DNA of 64,000 nt from a candidate division FCPU426 bacterium (lineage in GTDB: Bacteria > Oederibacteriota > Muellerivitia > Muellerivitales > Muellerivitaceae). The notes under the pieces were generated by a model. It was not told where the DNA came from. It was given only the letters and a program-made list of their open reading frames with translations, and did no database searches. Each line of letters opens with the position of its first letter. The stretch's first letter is position 1. The DNA lies in the NCBI GenBank assembly GCA_963847625.1, contig CAWKAR010000052.1:32001-96000 (forward strand). Direction: 5' to 3'. Positions 28,521 to 38,631 of the stretch are shown here, in pieces. The translations under genes and the position numbers were made by a program.

Positions 28521-29729
28521 ATGAGGGCCTTTCCTGATCAGAACGGTTATTTTGGACCCTATGGCGGCCAATATGTCCCGGAAACACTTATGGTGGCACT
28601 TCAGGAGTTAACCAGGGTTTACGAAAAAGCACGGAAAGACCATGCTTTTCAAGCGGAATACAAACGTCAATTGGTTGAATATAGCGGCAGACCTACACCT
28701 CTGACCCTTGCGGCCCGTCTGACCCAAACTCTCAAGGGCGCCAAGATCTACCTAAAACGCGAGGATTTGAACCATACTGGCGCCCACAAGATCAATAATT
28801 GCCTGGGGCAAATCCTTCTCGCCAAAAAAATGGGTAAAAAGCGCGTTATCGCCGAAACCGGCGCGGGCCAGCATGGGGTGGCAACCGCTACGGTTTGCGC
28901 GCTTTTCGGGATCAAATGCGAGGTTTATATGGGGATGGAGGATATCCGGCGCCAAGCCCTGAATGTGTTCCGAATGAAATTGCTGGGTGCCCAAGTGCAT
29001 CCCGTGACGGCGGGAACCAAGACCTTAAAGGACGCCATGAGCGAGGCTATCCGGGATTGGGTGACAAATGTTAAAACCACTTATTACTTGATCGGTTCCA
29101 CCGCCGGCCCCCATCCCTACCCCATGATGGTCCGGGATTTCCAAAAAGTGATCGGGATAGAGGCCCGCGGGCAAATTATCCAGGCGGAAGGACGCCTGCC
29201 CGCCGCATTGGTCGCTTGCGTGAACGGCGGGTCCAACGCCATCGGATTATTTTATCCCTTCCTGAGGGATCGAAAGGTGCGAATGGTGGGTGTGGAAGCG
29301 GCGGGTGAGGGAATCCGAACAAAACGCCACGCCGCCACCATGATGAAGGGAAGACCCGGAATTTTGCATGGAAGTTACAGCTATGTTCTTCAAAGTCCCG
29401 ACGGCCAAATCAAGGAAACCCATTCCATTTCAGCGGGATTGGATTATCCGGGCGTGGGACCGGAACACGCTTGGCTTAGGGACACCGGACGGGCCACTTA
29501 TGTTTCCGCGACGGACCAACAAGCGCTGGAAGCTTTTCAAACCCTCGCGATCAAAGAGGGAATCCTTCCGGCTTTGGAAAGCGCACACGCGCTTTACCAA
29601 GCCATGAAAATGGCGAAAAAAATGCCCCGTAAAACCTCCCTCATCGTAAATCTGTCCGGCCGCGGTGATAAGGACGTGAACACCGTTTTGGATCGTTTGG
29701 GAAAAGATTTGAAAGGCGGTAGGGGTTGA
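28521..29729 (+). CDS. trpB: Tryptophan synthase beta chain
   Basis: [43 protein letters not shown]. Confidence 0.99.
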   Translation: MRAFPDQNGYFGPYGGQYVPETLMVALQELTRVYEKARKDHAFQAEYKRQLVEYSGRPTPLTLAARLTQTLKGAKIYLKREDLNHTGAHKINNCLGQILLAKKMGKKRVIAETGAGQHGVATATVCALFGIKCEVYMGMEDIRRQALNVFRMKLLGAQVHPVTAGTKTLKDAMSEAIRDWVTNVKTTYYLIGSTAGPHPYPMMVRDFQKVIGIEARGQIIQAEGRLPAALVACVNGGSNAIGLFYPFLRDRKVRMVGVEAAGEGIRTKRHAATMMKGRPGILHGSYSYVLQSPDGQIKETHSISAGLDYPGVGPEHAWLRDTGRATYVSATDQQALEAFQTLAIKEGILPALESAHALYQAMKMAKKMPRKTSLIVNLSGRGDKDVNTVLDRLGKDLKGGRG

Positions 29730-30523
29730 GTTCGAATCTCCACCGATTATTCCAGGAGGCTCGGCGGAATCGTCGAGCCCTTTTTCTTCCTTATATCTGC
29801 CTGGGATATCCCGACTACAGGGCCTCTGTTGAATCGGCCGAGGGAGCCCTCCGGGGAGGCGCTTCCGCGTTGGAGTTGGGAGTGCCTTTTTCGGACCCGA
29901 TCGCCGACGGCCCCACTTTACAAAAAGCCACTCAAATTTCCCTGGAACAAGGGACACGATTTTCCGATGTTTTCCGGATGATCCGGACCCTTCGGAAAAA
30001 AGGATATAAACAACCTCTGTTAGTCATGACCTACTTAAACCTTGTGGTGCAAATGGGGTGGAACGAATTCGCGAATCATCTCGCCCAAGCGGGAGGGAAT
30101 GGAGCCATTATACCGGACTTGCCCCTGCAGGAGCTTTCTAAAAAAGAGTTTCTTTTCAAGAAAAAAGGCCTATGCTTAATTCCCTTTATCGCCCCCACCT
30201 CCAGTCCGGGAAGAATGAAGATGGCCGATGCCCAGAATGCGCCTTTTTTGTATTATGTCTCGGTCACGGGAGTGACAGGCGCCCGAACGGAACTAGCGCC
30301 CGGTCTCATCGCGAATTTGAAACGATTCAAAAAACGTCTCAAAACACCTATTGTTGTGGGTTTTGGCATATCCAAACCCAGCCATGCGGCGAAAGTCGGT
30401 AAGGTGTCGGATGGAGTCATCATCGCCAGCGCCCTTATCCAAATGATCGAAAGGACGCCCAAGGCTCGAATCGGGGAAAGAGTCGAGAGGTACTGCAGAA
30501 AAATCGTAAAGAAAATGAAATAA
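29726..30523 (+). CDS. trpA: Tryptophan synthase alpha chain
   Basis: [32 protein letters not shown]. Confidence 0.97.
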   Translation: MSSNLHRLFQEARRNRRALFLPYICLGYPDYRASVESAEGALRGGASALELGVPFSDPIADGPTLQKATQISLEQGTRFSDVFRMIRTLRKKGYKQPLLVMTYLNLVVQMGWNEFANHLAQAGGNGAIIPDLPLQELSKKEFLFKKKGLCLIPFIAPTSSPGRMKMADAQNAPFLYYVSVTGVTGARTELAPGLIANLKRFKKRLKTPIVVGFGISKPSHAAKVGKVSDGVIIASALIQMIERTPKARIGERVERYCRKIVKKMK

Positions 30524-30603
30524 AGTTTGAACCCGAAATGGAAAGTCCGATATGAACTTCCCGTTTTGATCTACAAATACACGGGATTATTTGGAGGTTT
30601 GGA

Positions 30604-31449
30604 TTGGCATGGTTTAAGAAGGCCAAAAAAATCATTTCCAGGGTGGTGGAAGTAAACAAGGCTGTCCAAGTTCCGGAAGGGCTTTATGAGAAGTGCCGGA
30701 AGTGTTCCACGCTTTTATATAACAAGGACCTGGACAAGAACCTCAAAGTATGCCCCCAGTGCGGTTACCATTATCAGATATCAGCGCTCGAACGGCTTTA
30801 CCTGACAGTTGATTCGGGGACATTCAAAGAGTTTGACGAAAACCTGGTCTCGGTGAATCCCCTTCATTTCCCGGAATACGAGGAAAAGGTTAATAAGGGC
30901 ATAGAGAAAACTAAAATGCCGGAAGCAGTCTTGACGGGTTTGGGGAAGATCGAAGGACAACCGGTTTCCTTGGCCATCACTGACTTTCAGTTCATGGGAG
31001 GAAGCATGGGCAGCGTGGTCGGTGAAAAGATCACGAGGGCCGTGGAGAGGGCCATCATGAAAAAATGTGGAATGGTCATTGTGTCGGCTTCCGGGGGGGG
31101 CGCCCGCATGCAAGAGGGCATTTTGTCGCTCATGCAGATGGCTAAAATATCAGCGGCTTTGGCCCTACTGGGCAAAGCCCGGCTTCCCTACATATCGGTT
31201 TTGACCGACCCGACCGCGGGAGGGGTGGCCGCGTCCTTCGGCATGCTGGGGGACGTAAATATCGCCGAGCCGGGTGCCATGATCGGATTCGCCGGCCCCA
31301 GGGTCATCGAACAGACAATCCGCCAAAAACTTCCCAAGGGGTTCCAGCGTTCCGAATTTCTTTTGGAACATGGGTTTGTCGATGCCATCGTCGCGCGGAA
31401 TGAATTGAAAGCCACCATTGGAAAGTTCCTTAAGTTTTTTCATCTGTGA
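30604..31449 (+). CDS. accD: Acetyl-CoA carboxylase carboxyltransferase beta subunit
   Basis: Zn finger CxxC...CPQC, FMGGSMG, GGARMQEG, FAGPRVIEQT. Confidence 0.97.
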   Translation: MAWFKKAKKIISRVVEVNKAVQVPEGLYEKCRKCSTLLYNKDLDKNLKVCPQCGYHYQISALERLYLTVDSGTFKEFDENLVSVNPLHFPEYEEKVNKGIEKTKMPEAVLTGLGKIEGQPVSLAITDFQFMGGSMGSVVGEKITRAVERAIMKKCGMVIVSASGGGARMQEGILSLMQMAKISAALALLGKARLPYISVLTDPTAGGVAASFGMLGDVNIAEPGAMIGFAGPRVIEQTIRQKLPKGFQRSEFLLEHGFVDAIVARNELKATIGKFLKFFHL

Positions 31450-32741
31450 AATCCCCCGCCAACCTGGAGTCCCTGGAACGCCTGGGGTGGCGTTTCGGGC
31501 TGGAGACCATACGCGCCCTTTTGTCGGAATTGGGCGACCCCCACCTTTCCTTGAAATGCGTCCATGTTGCGGGTACTAACGGCAAAGGCACGACTTGCGC
31601 CTTCATGGCTTCCTTCCTGAGGCATTCGGGTTACCGGGTTGGCCTTTATACTTCCCCTCATCTGACCGATATCCGCGAGAGGTTCAGGATCAACGGCCTT
31701 TGGATTACCCCCCAGGAATTCCGGGATTATTCCAAAAGAATTCTACGGGCTTGCCTCCGGGTCCAAATTAACCTCGGACATGTCCCCACCCATTTCGAGG
31801 CTTTGACCGCGCTTGCTTTCTTGTGGTTTAAAGAAAAAAAGGTCGATTGGGTGGTGTCGGAAGTGGGGTTGGGCGGAAGATTGGATGCCACCAACATCAT
31901 CGAAACCCCGGCGGTCTGCCTCATCACGCCGGTTGGATTGGAACACCAGGAAATCCTCGGTGGAACCATTTCAAAGATTGCCTGGGAGAAGGCGGGCATC
32001 CTGAAAAAGGGAACTCCGGCCGCGACGATCCAATACCGCCCTGAGGCTCTCAGAAGGATTGAAAAAACCGCCCGACTGAAAGGGGTTTCTTTATGGTCCG
32101 GGGGAAGGGATTTTATTTATCAACGCGAGGGAGATTATTTCCGTTGGGAGGGACCGGGTTTTTCTGGCAAGTTCAAACTTTCCGACGCCGCCAATTTCCA
32201 AGTGGTGAACGCTTCCTTGGCGTTGGCGGGAATTCAAATCCTAAGGAGGCAGGGAATAAGGATATTGGCTTCCACCCTTCAAAAGGCTCTTTCCACCATG
32301 CGATGGCCTGGAAGACTGGAAATTCTCAAAAAAACCCCCCTGGTTCTTCTGGATGGAGCCCATAACCCTGACGGAGCTCTTGGACTTACGGATTTTTTGA
32401 AAGAGGCTTACCCCCGCAAACGGTGGTTGGTGTTGAACGGTTTTTTAGGGGACAAGAACTATCGTTCCTTTGCGAGAGCCTTGGCGCCCTTGACCGTGTT
32501 GGCCATTGTGACCGAGCCGCCTAGCGACCGGAAGGAAGCGGGGAATAAGGTTTTCAAAGCATGGGAAGGGGAGGGAACTCGTCTCATCCTTATACGCGAC
32601 TGGCGGAAGGCACTCTGGTTGGCTTTGGAAAAACTAAAAGCCTCTCGTGGAGAAATTCCGCTTTTAATTACCGGTTCGATTTACCTGGGTGGGGCTTGCC
32701 GGAAAATCATCTTGGGATATAAAGGTTTAGCGAAAATTTGA
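31446..32741 (+). CDS. folC: Folylpolyglutamate synthase/dihydrofolate synthase
   Basis: HVAGTNGKGT, YTSPHL, EVGLGGRLDATN, WPGRLE, LDGAHN. Confidence 0.96.
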   Translation: MKSPANLESLERLGWRFGLETIRALLSELGDPHLSLKCVHVAGTNGKGTTCAFMASFLRHSGYRVGLYTSPHLTDIRERFRINGLWITPQEFRDYSKRILRACLRVQINLGHVPTHFEALTALAFLWFKEKKVDWVVSEVGLGGRLDATNIIETPAVCLITPVGLEHQEILGGTISKIAWEKAGILKKGTPAATIQYRPEALRRIEKTARLKGVSLWSGGRDFIYQREGDYFRWEGPGFSGKFKLSDAANFQVVNASLALAGIQILRRQGIRILASTLQKALSTMRWPGRLEILKKTPLVLLDGAHNPDGALGLTDFLKEAYPRKRWLVLNGFLGDKNYRSFARALAPLTVLAIVTEPPSDRKEAGNKVFKAWEGEGTRLILIRDWRKALWLALEKLKASRGEIPLLITGSIYLGGACRKIILGYKGLAKI

Positions 32742-32782
32742 AGTTTCGTTTCCCGATTTTTTCAAATGCTTCCAGTTGCGCT

Positions 32783-33943
32783 TTACGCAAAAGATCTTTT
32801 CCAGAGGATCGATTGTAAACCGAGAAGGAAAAATTGAACGTTCATGAATTGATGGCTAAAGGTGTATTCGGTCAAGCCCCATACGAGAACCGCTGTAAAA
32901 ATAGAAATAAATACCCAGTTTAAAGAATGGGCGTCGGGATCTAGGGACTTAAACTTTAAGGCCATTCGGTAATAAAGGAAGATCCAAGCCAAGTAAAACG
33001 CCAAACCGATCCATCCGTTTTGTGCCAGTATTTGCAGGTAATTGTCATGCAGATGGGGTTCGGTCGTCTCAGCAGCATTGGCCAATTTATATTTTGGATA
33101 GATATCCACCAAATTTCCTTGGCCTATGCCCCAAGGGTGGTCCTGGATAATTTTTAAACCCGCCGTCCAGATGAATAATCTTTGATTGTTAGTCCCGGAA
33201 ATCTGGTGATCATCCGAATAGCTGACTTTGACATTCCAAATGCTGTCCACCCTTTCCTTTATCGAGTTTGGCAGAAGGAAATATATACCCGCCACCATCA
33301 AGGCACCGATGAATAACCCTCTTCGACCCATTTTCCAAGACCAAAGGAAAAATCCGGCCAATGCCCCGATCCAGGCGCCCCGGGTTTGCGTCAGGATCAG
33401 AGCCATTCCCACCGTGAGAAGAGAGGCCCAAACCCAGCGATTCTTTGGAAATTTTTTTAAAAGAAGCAATTGGAAAATCAGGGTGACCATCAAGAGACCT
33501 CCGAATACCATTTTGTCCCCTGAGAAGGAATCAATGCGTTCTTGATGGCGGAAGAAATATTTCCCGATTCCACATGCCGCGCAAAAAGTGGAACCACCGA
33601 CGAAGGAGAAAATCAACTTTTGGATTTGGTCAATGGATAAGTTCATGGCGCCAATGAAAAAAATAAGAAGTAACGTCAGATATTTATGAACCGTGTGAAA
33701 ACTTTTCAAAGGATTTATGCCGAGGATGGCGCCGAGGAAAAAACCAGATAGAAAAAGGAGTGTGGCAATAGCGAAAGCTCCACGGGGCCATTCGACAGGT
33801 TGCCGGTTTTTTAAATGGTTAAAAAGGAAAAACGCGACGGAAATCCAAATGATATTTTGCATAGCAATGGATGCAACCGCCGAAACCGAGAAAGCTAATA
33901 AAGTCCAGTAAAGATACCGTGTATGAGGGTTTTGAGTTTCCAC
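32783..33943 (-). CDS. O-antigen ligase family (Wzy_C) membrane protein
   Basis: LTQTRGAWIG, RLFIW...HPWGIG, HLHDNYLQILAQNGWIG. Confidence 0.85.
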   Translation of the reverse strand: METQNPHTRYLYWTLLAFSVSAVASIAMQNIIWISVAFFLFNHLKNRQPVEWPRGAFAIATLLFLSGFFLGAILGINPLKSFHTVHKYLTLLLIFFIGAMNLSIDQIQKLIFSFVGGSTFCAACGIGKYFFRHQERIDSFSGDKMVFGGLLMVTLIFQLLLLKKFPKNRWVWASLLTVGMALILTQTRGAWIGALAGFFLWSWKMGRRGLFIGALMVAGIYFLLPNSIKERVDSIWNVKVSYSDDHQISGTNNQRLFIWTAGLKIIQDHPWGIGQGNLVDIYPKYKLANAAETTEPHLHDNYLQILAQNGWIGLAFYLAWIFLYYRMALKFKSLDPDAHSLNWVFISIFTAVLVWGLTEYTFSHQFMNVQFFLLGLQSILWKRSFA

Positions 33944-34096
33944 GGTCGAAATTATAGAGTGAATTACATCAGTTCGAAACCACTCTTAATAAAGATAAAT
34001 ACTTCATTCAATGCCGTGAGAATCAACTATTTATCCCAGTTAAACCCTTGGCTTTAGGAATAGGAGGGTTTAGAGCTTTGGCCATCCCATTGTTCG

Positions 34097-34125
34097 TTGA
34101 CAGGGGGAAGCTTGAATGTTTAAAT
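34097..34125 (+). promoter_or_regulatory. Putative sigma70 promoter
   Basis: TTGACA-N17-TTAAAT with an extended TG, upstream of the sugar ABC ATPase. Confidence 0.5.
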
Positions 34126-34243
34126 AACCCCTAGTTTTATAGGCTTTCCGGTGGAAAGAAGAGTCGGGAGGCCATTCTGGTTCTGGGGCGCTCCTAAAAA
34201 TAATATTTTTAGGGCGTTTCGGTCCCTTAGGTGGAGGATTGTA

Positions 34244-35350
34244 ATGTCAAATGTAGTCCTCAAAAATGTGACTAAGGTTTATGGAAACAATATCGTAGCA
34301 GTCAATAATGTCAATATTGAGGTCATGGATAAGGAGTTTTTGGTCCTGGTGGGACCTTCTGGATGCGGAAAGTCCACGACCCTTCGGATGGTGGCTGGTT
34401 TGGAGGAACTTTCAAGCGGAGATATCCGCATTGATGATGTGCTTGTCAATGATGTTCCACCGAAGGACAGGGACATCGCGATGGTATTCCAAAACTATGC
34501 TTTGTATCCCCACATGACTGTTTTTGAAAACATGGCCTTTGGTTTAAAACTCCGGAAATATCCCAAAGAAGAGATCAAGCAAAGGGTTTATGAAGCCGCT
34601 AACATTCTGGGGATTCAGGAATTGCTGGTTCGGCTGCCAAAGGAACTTTCCGGCGGGCAACGCCAACGGGTAGCGGTGGGCCGGGCCATCGTCCGTAAGC
34701 CCAAAGTGTTTCTTTTCGATGAACCTCTTTCCAACTTGGACGCAAAGCTTCGAGTTCAAATGCGAGCAGAGATTTCTAAACTGCACACCCGTCTGCAGGC
34801 TACCATGATTTATGTAACTCATGACCAATTGGAAGCCATGACCATGGGGGACCGTATCGCGGTCATGAAGGACGGCTATGTCCAGCAAATCGCGGATCCC
34901 ATCACGCTTTACGAAAAGCCCATAAACAAGTTCGTGGCAGGTTTCATCGGTACGCCCGCGATGAACTTTATGGAAGGTTCGCTGAATAAGAAGCGCACTG
35001 GGACTTATTTCAATGAAGAAAACTTTGAAATAAAATTGCCGGATAACTTCGCCAGCCTGCTGGAAGGGCATATCGGCCGCGAGGTGGTGCTGGGGATCAG
35101 GCCGGAAGACATCCATGATAAAATGGATGCTTCCAGCGCCTCACCCGATACGACCATCAGCGCAACCGTTGAAATCATCGAGCCGTTAGGCGCTGAAGCC
35201 TACTTGTATTTAACCACGGGAAAAAGCCCCTTTATCGCCCGTGTCAGCAGCCATGATCAAATTGAAATCAATCAGGACATCGAACTGGTCTTCAATATGC
35301 GAAAGGTCCATATTTTCGATAAGGAAACTGAGAAGTGCCTGACGAATTAA
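34244..35350 (+). CDS. Sugar ABC transporter ATP-binding protein (MalK/MsmX/UgpC family)
   Basis: GPSGCGKST, VFQNYALYPHM, LSGGQRQR, DEPLSNLDAKLR; GGAGG SD before ATG 34244. Confidence 0.95.
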   Translation: MSNVVLKNVTKVYGNNIVAVNNVNIEVMDKEFLVLVGPSGCGKSTTLRMVAGLEELSSGDIRIDDVLVNDVPPKDRDIAMVFQNYALYPHMTVFENMAFGLKLRKYPKEEIKQRVYEAANILGIQELLVRLPKELSGGQRQRVAVGRAIVRKPKVFLFDEPLSNLDAKLRVQMRAEISKLHTRLQATMIYVTHDQLEAMTMGDRIAVMKDGYVQQIADPITLYEKPINKFVAGFIGTPAMNFMEGSLNKKRTGTYFNEENFEIKLPDNFASLLEGHIGREVVLGIRPEDIHDKMDASSASPDTTISATVEIIEPLGAEAYLYLTTGKSPFIARVSSHDQIEINQDIELVFNMRKVHIFDKETEKCLTN

Positions 35351-35369
35351 AGATCGGCTGTTCGTGATC

Positions 35370-35408
35370 AAACTCAAAAACCGGGATTTTTCCCGGTTTT
35401 TGAGTTTT
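35370..35408. terminator. Intrinsic (likely bidirectional) terminator
   Basis: AAACTCAAAAACCGGGA-TTTT-TCCCGGTTTTTGAGTTT perfect stem. Confidence 0.8.
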
Positions 35409-35506
35409 CAGTTAAGCCAAATCAGCAATCAAAAGAAAAAAATTTCCCGTATTTCCGAATTAACATCGCCGGAAAAATAGATCCATCCATAATTAAGGAA
35501 TTCAAA

Positions 35507-36811
35507 ATGAGGATTTCAGTTGTTGGGACAGGTTATGTGGGTCTTGTAACAGGATCCTGCTTCGCAGACCTGGGTAATACCGTTATTTGCGTGGATGTTG
35601 ATAAGAAGAAAATCCAGGAATTAAAAAAGGGAATTGTCCCCATTTTTGAACCGGGATTGGAAGAAATCATCCGAAGGAATAAAGGCCACAGGCTTTTTTT
35701 CACCACTGATTTGGCCAAAGCGGTTCAAACCACCGACTTCATATTTATCGCGGTGAGCACTCCTCCGGGAAAAGAGGGCGAGGCTGATATCACCAATGTC
35801 AAAGCAGTTGCCAAAGGTATCGCAAAATCACTCGATCGCTATAAGATCATCGTCAACAAAAGCACCGTTCCCATCGGTATGGGGGACGTGGTGACACAAA
35901 TCATCATTAAAAACAGCTCGAAGGAAGTTCTTTTTGATGTCGTGTCTAACCCCGAGTTTTTGAGGGAAGGTTCAGCCGTAACGGATCTTTTACGACCGGA
36001 AAGGGTTGTCATTGGCGCCACTCGACGTTCGGCAGCCCAGAAAGTGGCTGAAATTTATAAATCCCTTCATTGTCCGATTTTGATCACTGATTTGAAAAGC
36101 GCCGAGATGATCAAATACGCGTCCAACGCTTTTTTAGCCACTAAAATTTCGTTTATCAACGAGATTGCCAATCTTTGCGACAGGGTGGGCGCGGATATCC
36201 TTCAGGTCACCAAGGGTATGAGTTACGATTCCCGGATCGGGGGCCAGTTTTTCAATTCCGGCCTGGGTTTTGGCGGGAGCTGCTTTCCGAAGGACGTGGC
36301 CGCCTTGGTCGATATCGGAAGCAAAAGCGGTTATCCGTTTCGAATCCTGCCTAAGGTCTTGGAGGTAAACCACCGACAAAGGCTTTCTTTCATTGAAAAA
36401 GTGCGGAAAACGATTGGTCCTTTAAAGGGAAAGACCTTAGCGGTCTGGGGTTTATCTTTTAAACCCAACACGGATGATATGCGGGAAGCTCCTTCCTTGA
36501 CCATCTTGCCGGCTCTTCAGTCTGGAGGGGCAAAAATCAAGGTTTACGATCCTGTGTCCATGGGGAAGGCAAGAAAATATTTTCAGAAAGTTATATATTG
36601 TAAATCACCTTACGAGGCTGCACGAGGCTCCGATGCGGTACTGGTCTTGACTGACTGGAACGAGTTTAAACAGATTGATTTTAATAAATTAAAAAGTTTG
36701 GTAAAGAAGCCCATTCTACTGGATGGACGTAACATGTATGATTCTCAAGAATTGACGGAAAAAGGGTTCGCCTACAGCGGTATGGGACGGGGTGAAGCAT
36801 TGAGCTTTTGA
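35507..36811 (+). CDS. ugd: UDP-glucose 6-dehydrogenase
   Basis: GTGYVG, NPEFLREG, GFGGSCFPKD, FKPNTDDMRE. Confidence 0.95.
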   Translation: MRISVVGTGYVGLVTGSCFADLGNTVICVDVDKKKIQELKKGIVPIFEPGLEEIIRRNKGHRLFFTTDLAKAVQTTDFIFIAVSTPPGKEGEADITNVKAVAKGIAKSLDRYKIIVNKSTVPIGMGDVVTQIIIKNSSKEVLFDVVSNPEFLREGSAVTDLLRPERVVIGATRRSAAQKVAEIYKSLHCPILITDLKSAEMIKYASNAFLATKISFINEIANLCDRVGADILQVTKGMSYDSRIGGQFFNSGLGFGGSCFPKDVAALVDIGSKSGYPFRILPKVLEVNHRQRLSFIEKVRKTIGPLKGKTLAVWGLSFKPNTDDMREAPSLTILPALQSGGAKIKVYDPVSMGKARKYFQKVIYCKSPYEAARGSDAVLVLTDWNEFKQIDFNKLKSLVKKPILLDGRNMYDSQELTEKGFAYSGMGRGEALSF

Positions 36812-37015
36812 TCATCCAGCGATTGATTCTGCGAAATTGGAATGAAATTCATGGAAATTGGGATATCCATTGGATGTCCACCCCTTTTCCCTCTTTAATA
36901 AAATAAATTCAAGTTTTCCATTTTTATTTTGGCTTTTTGGAAAATGTCTTGATTCGGGTTTTGAGCTTTTTAACCAGTTTCATAACCCGGGAATTGGTTT
37001 CTGAGGAGTTTTTGA

Positions 37016-37882
37016 TTGAAGATAGCATTACTCGGCGCAAACGGTATGTTGGGTTCCAAAATGGCGGAAGTGCTTGTACAACGGTCCCATAATGTCTTGA
37101 AACCGGAGCGCGCCGAGATTGATTTGGCTCAACCCGAAACCATGGAAAAATATTTTAAAACCCATGATTTCGAAATTCTAATTAATTGCGCCGCTTATAC
37201 GCGGGTTGATGCTTGCGAGGAACCCTCTCAATACTCCCTTGCCCTCAACCTGAATGGGGCCGCTCCGGCTTGGTTGGCCCGTTTTTGCCGGAAAACCAAT
37301 CGGAAACTCATCCATTTTTCCAGTGACTATGTATTTGACGGCAATAAAGCCGATCCTTATACCGAGGAGGATACCCCTCATCCGTTGAATGTCTATGGAC
37401 GGACAAAATGGCAGGGCGAGAAGCTGATACTGGCTGAGAAACCATTTTTTTATCTTGTCCGTTCTTCATGGCTTTTTGGCCCCAACGGTAAACATTTCGT
37501 GAATACACTACTCAAAACGCTAAAGACACGGCCCAAAGTGGAGGTGGTGTCCGATCAAGTAGGCGGTCCCACCTATACCGGGGATTTAGCCTTGTTTACA
37601 CTGGACCTTTTGGAGAAAAAGGCTGAGCCTGGAATCTACCATTTTGCCAATGAAGGATACGTTTCCTGGTTCGATTTTGCCCTGGAAATACAAAGACAAA
37701 CAGGCCTTCACCAATGCAAGGTGGTGCCGGCCCTAAGCGATAATATCTTCCGCCCGGCCTTAAGACCCGCTAACTCGGGTTTTAACCTGGATAAAGCGCG
37801 AAAAGTGGTTTCTTCTTTAAGGCCTTGGTACGAGGGGTTGAAAGATTATCTGACAAAGGATTGGATGAATGAGCCGGCCTGA
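37016..37882 (+). CDS. rfbD: dTDP-4-dehydrorhamnose reductase
   Basis: GANGMLG, NCAAYTRVD, SSDYVFDG, YGRTK. Confidence 0.93.
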   Translation: MKIALLGANGMLGSKMAEVLVQRSHNVLKPERAEIDLAQPETMEKYFKTHDFEILINCAAYTRVDACEEPSQYSLALNLNGAAPAWLARFCRKTNRKLIHFSSDYVFDGNKADPYTEEDTPHPLNVYGRTKWQGEKLILAEKPFFYLVRSSWLFGPNGKHFVNTLLKTLKTRPKVEVVSDQVGGPTYTGDLALFTLDLLEKKAEPGIYHFANEGYVSWFDFALEIQRQTGLHQCKVVPALSDNIFRPALRPANSGFNLDKARKVVSSLRPWYEGLKDYLTKDWMNEPA

Positions 37883-38624
37883 ACTTTCCGTCGTCATCCC
37901 CATTTATAACGAGGAAGCCCGGATTGGGAAAACACTGGAGGAGGCCATTGTTTATTTGAAAAAAAAGAAATGGACTTCTGAAATTCTATTGGTGGATGAC
38001 GGATGCAAAGACAAAACACTTCAAGCCGTGGAAAAATTCTGGAAAAAAACCGGGAAACTTATTGATTTTAAGGTGCTGCGGCATGATATCAATCGGGGAA
38101 AAGGAGCGGCGGTCAGAACCGGAGCCTTGGCCTCCCGAGGCCGTTTTGTCCTCTTCATGGACGCGGACAACGCCACTCCCCTTGCCCAATTCGACAAATT
38201 TGAAGAAGCATTTCAAAAGGGTTTTGAAGTGCTGGTGGGAAGCCGGGCGGTGGATCGCAAACTAGTCAAAGTTCACCAGCCTTTTTACCGGGAAGCCATG
38301 GGAAGAATTTTCAACCTGTTAGTCCAGACACTGGCGACTCCCGGGATTGGGGACACCCAATGCGGTTTTAAGGCCTTTACCCGTGCGGCGGCGCAAAGTA
38401 TTTTCCCCCGGCAAACGATAGAGCGGTTCGGCTTCGACGTCGAACTTATTTATATCGCAAGAAAACATGGGTTCAGAATGATAGAAATTCCCGTGGAGTG
38501 GTTTGATTCCCCTTATTCAAAAGTCAACGTCATTCGGGACTCGACACGGATGTTTCTCGATCTTCTTGTTGTGCGTTGGAACGACATCAAGGGACTTTAC
38601 AGCACCTCCGCTAGGCAGTCCTAG
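37869..38624 (+). CDS. GT2 polyprenyl/dolichyl-phosphate glycosyltransferase-like protein
   Basis: VVIPIYNEE, VDDG, NRGKGAAVR, FMDAD, DTQCGFK, FGFDVE. Confidence 0.88.
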   Translation: MSRPELSVVIPIYNEEARIGKTLEEAIVYLKKKKWTSEILLVDDGCKDKTLQAVEKFWKKTGKLIDFKVLRHDINRGKGAAVRTGALASRGRFVLFMDADNATPLAQFDKFEEAFQKGFEVLVGSRAVDRKLVKVHQPFYREAMGRIFNLLVQTLATPGIGDTQCGFKAFTRAAAQSIFPRQTIERFGFDVELIYIARKHGFRMIEIPVEWFDSPYSKVNVIRDSTRMFLDLLVVRWNDIKGLYSTSARQS

Positions 38625-38631
38625 GCCCTCC

